A stretch of 52,298 nt of DNA from a virus (taxonomy: Duplodnaviria > Heunggongvirae > Uroviricota > Caudoviricetes). This document shows positions 50,855 through 52,298 of the stretch, piece after piece; position 1 is the stretch's first letter; each line of letters begins with the position of its first letter. A program made the translations under genes and the position numbers. The stretch is taken from positions 1-52,298 of the IMG/VR virus record IMGVR_UViG_2721755498_000006; one strand, 5' to 3'. The notes under the pieces were generated by a model. That model was not told the origin of the DNA and did no database searches. It worked only from the letters and a program-made list of their open reading frames with translations.

Positions 50855-50930
50855 TGGTGCCGATAATAGGAGTCGAACCTACGACCTTCGCATTACGAAT
50901 GCGCTGCTCTACCAACTGAGCTATATCGGC
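50855..50930 (-). tRNA. thrW: tRNA-Thr (anticodon CGU), intact; attR-side att site
   Basis: GCCGATATAGCTCAGTTGGTAGAGCAGCGCATTCGTAATGCGAAGGTCGTAGGTTCGACTCCTATTATCGGCACCA on minus strand. Confidence 0.95.
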
Positions 50931-51044
50931 CCTGAAAGGACATGTTCACGAACGTGAATCACGGTGGACAAGGTTAAAACTAACCGGGCGATGCGTCAAT
51001 GGCCTTGTGAATCAAATGGCTACTTTTGCATCACCCGGTTTTAT

Positions 51045-52298
51045 TTACGCACGAATGGTGTAATCACCAATGCCGATCCACTTGTAAGTGGTCAGTGCTT
51101 CCAGCCCCATTGGGCCACGCGCGTGGAGTTTTTGTGTGCTTACCGCCACTTCCGCACCCAGACCAAACTGGCCGCCGTCGGTAAAACGCGTAGAGGCGTT
51201 AACGTAAACAGCGGACGAATCCACTTCGTTAACAAAACGCTGGGCGTTGCGCATATCGCGGGTCAGGATCGCATCGGAGTGTTGTGTGCCGTGTTCACGA
51301 ATATGGGCGATGGCATCGTCAATATCGCTGACGATTTTGACGTTCAAATCTAATGACAGAAACTCATCGTCATACTCTTCGGCTTTAACAGCAACCACCT
51401 TCGCAGGGCCTGCCTGCAACTGCGCCAGTGCAGCTGCATCTGCGTGTAATGTCACGCCGCTTTCCGCCATTTGTTTGCTTAATGCGGGCAGGAAGCTATC
51501 GGCGATGTTTTTATTCACCAGCAACGTTTCAACCGTATTACATGTGCTCGGACGCTGAGTTTTCGCGTTGACGATCACTTTTAATGCTTCAGCGATCTCT
51601 ACACTTTCATCAACGTAAATATGGCATACGCCTATACCACCTGTGATCACCGGGATTGTCGACTGTTCACGGCACAGTTTATGCAAACCAGCGCCACCAC
51701 GCGGGATCAGCATGTCGATGTATTTATCCATACGCAGCATTTCACTGACCAGCGCACGGTCAGGATTATCAATCGCCTGCACGGCACCCGCCGGTAAGCC
51801 GCAGGATTTCAGGGCGTCCTGAATCACCGCCACCGTTGCAGCGTTAGTGCGACACGTTTCTTTGCCACCGCGCAGGATCACCGCATTACCGGTTTTCAGG
51901 CACAGCGAAGCGACATCAACCGTCACGTTCGGGCGCGCTTCATAAATCACGCCAATAACCCCCAGCGGTACGCGACGACGCTCAAGACGCAGGCCGCTGT
52001 CCAGTACGCCGCCATCGATTACCTGCCCCACCGGATCGGCGAGGTTGCACACCTGACGTACATCGTCGGCAATGCCTTTCAGCCGTGCGGGCGTCAGTGC
52101 CAGACGGTCAAGCATCGCTTCGCTAAGGCCATTGGCTCGCGCGTCAGCAACATCCTGGGCGTTAGCGTTGAGGATGATTTCGCTTTGTGCTTCCAGTTCA
52201 TCGGCGATTTTTTCCAGCACGCGATTTTTTTCGCGGCTGGAGAGTTGCGCTAATTTATACGAGGCTTGCTTCGCGGCAATGCCCATTTGTTTCAGCAT
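51045..52298 (-). CDS. proA: gamma-glutamyl phosphate reductase
   Basis: 417 aa beginning [38 protein letters not shown]; start codon is the last 3 nt of the window. Confidence 0.95.
   Translation of the reverse strand: MLKQMGIAAKQASYKLAQLSSREKNRVLEKIADELEAQSEIILNANAQDVADARANGLSEAMLDRLALTPARLKGIADDVRQVCNLADPVGQVIDGGVLDSGLRLERRRVPLGVIGVIYEARPNVTVDVASLCLKTGNAVILRGGKETCRTNAATVAVIQDALKSCGLPAGAVQAIDNPDRALVSEMLRMDKYIDMLIPRGGAGLHKLCREQSTIPVITGGIGVCHIYVDESVEIAEALKVIVNAKTQRPSTCNTVETLLVNKNIADSFLPALSKQMAESGVTLHADAAALAQLQAGPAKVVAVKAEEYDDEFLSLDLNVKIVSDIDDAIAHIREHGTQHSDAILTRDMRNAQRFVNEVDSSAVYVNASTRFTDGGQFGLGAEVAVSTQKLHARGPMGLEALTTYKWIGIGDYTIRA

Noticed and set aside
50964-51353. 129-aa plus-strand ORF in the ORF track
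   Set aside because: Lies entirely antisense to proA, whose translation is a clear full-length match; treated as a spurious antisense ORF.

Overview
Enterobacterial (E. coli-like) chromosome segment ending at the proA-thrW locus, carrying a tandem array of integrated elements bounded by three direct copies of the thrW 3' end (7078-7126, 12303-12348, and the intact tRNA at 50855-50930). All calls come from reading the sequence and the supplied translations; no database search or alignment was run, and hand-indexed coordinates may be off by 1-3 nt. (1) 1 to about 7060: part of an island with a 1080-aa SNF2-family helicase whose ORF starts at the window edge, an AlpA-type regulator and a two-gene HUH-motif Rep-like module. 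(2) 7127-12302: a small integrative element with an intact tyrosine integrase, an AT-rich membrane-protein gene interrupted by IS1, and a chromosomal yigE'-corA fragment trapped between two inverted IS1 copies. (3) 12349-50854: a complete-looking P22-like (lambdoid mosaic) prophage. Late genes are on the minus strand: integrase remnant, OafA/Oac-type O-antigen acyltransferase, tailspike, Mnt, ejection proteins, head completion proteins, coat, scaffold, portal, terminases, lambda-type lysis cassette S-R-Rz/Rz1, two tRNA genes, Q, and a nin region with a Dam-type methyltransferase. The replication and immunity region has a DnaB-like helicase, an O-like initiator with ori iterons, cII-cro, OR, cI, nutR/nutL and an N-like antiterminator. 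The plus-strand pL operon carries cIII, kil, erf, ssb, abc2, two HNH endonucleases and morons, then xis and int abutting thrW, followed by proA. Best candidates for something new: the edge-abutting SNF2 helicase cargo gene (its system probably extends beyond the window), the small membrane/coiled-coil gene in the cI-adjacent rex slot, the IS1-trapped corA, the late-region tRNAs, and an in-frame hexanucleotide repeat in a small late-operon ORF.
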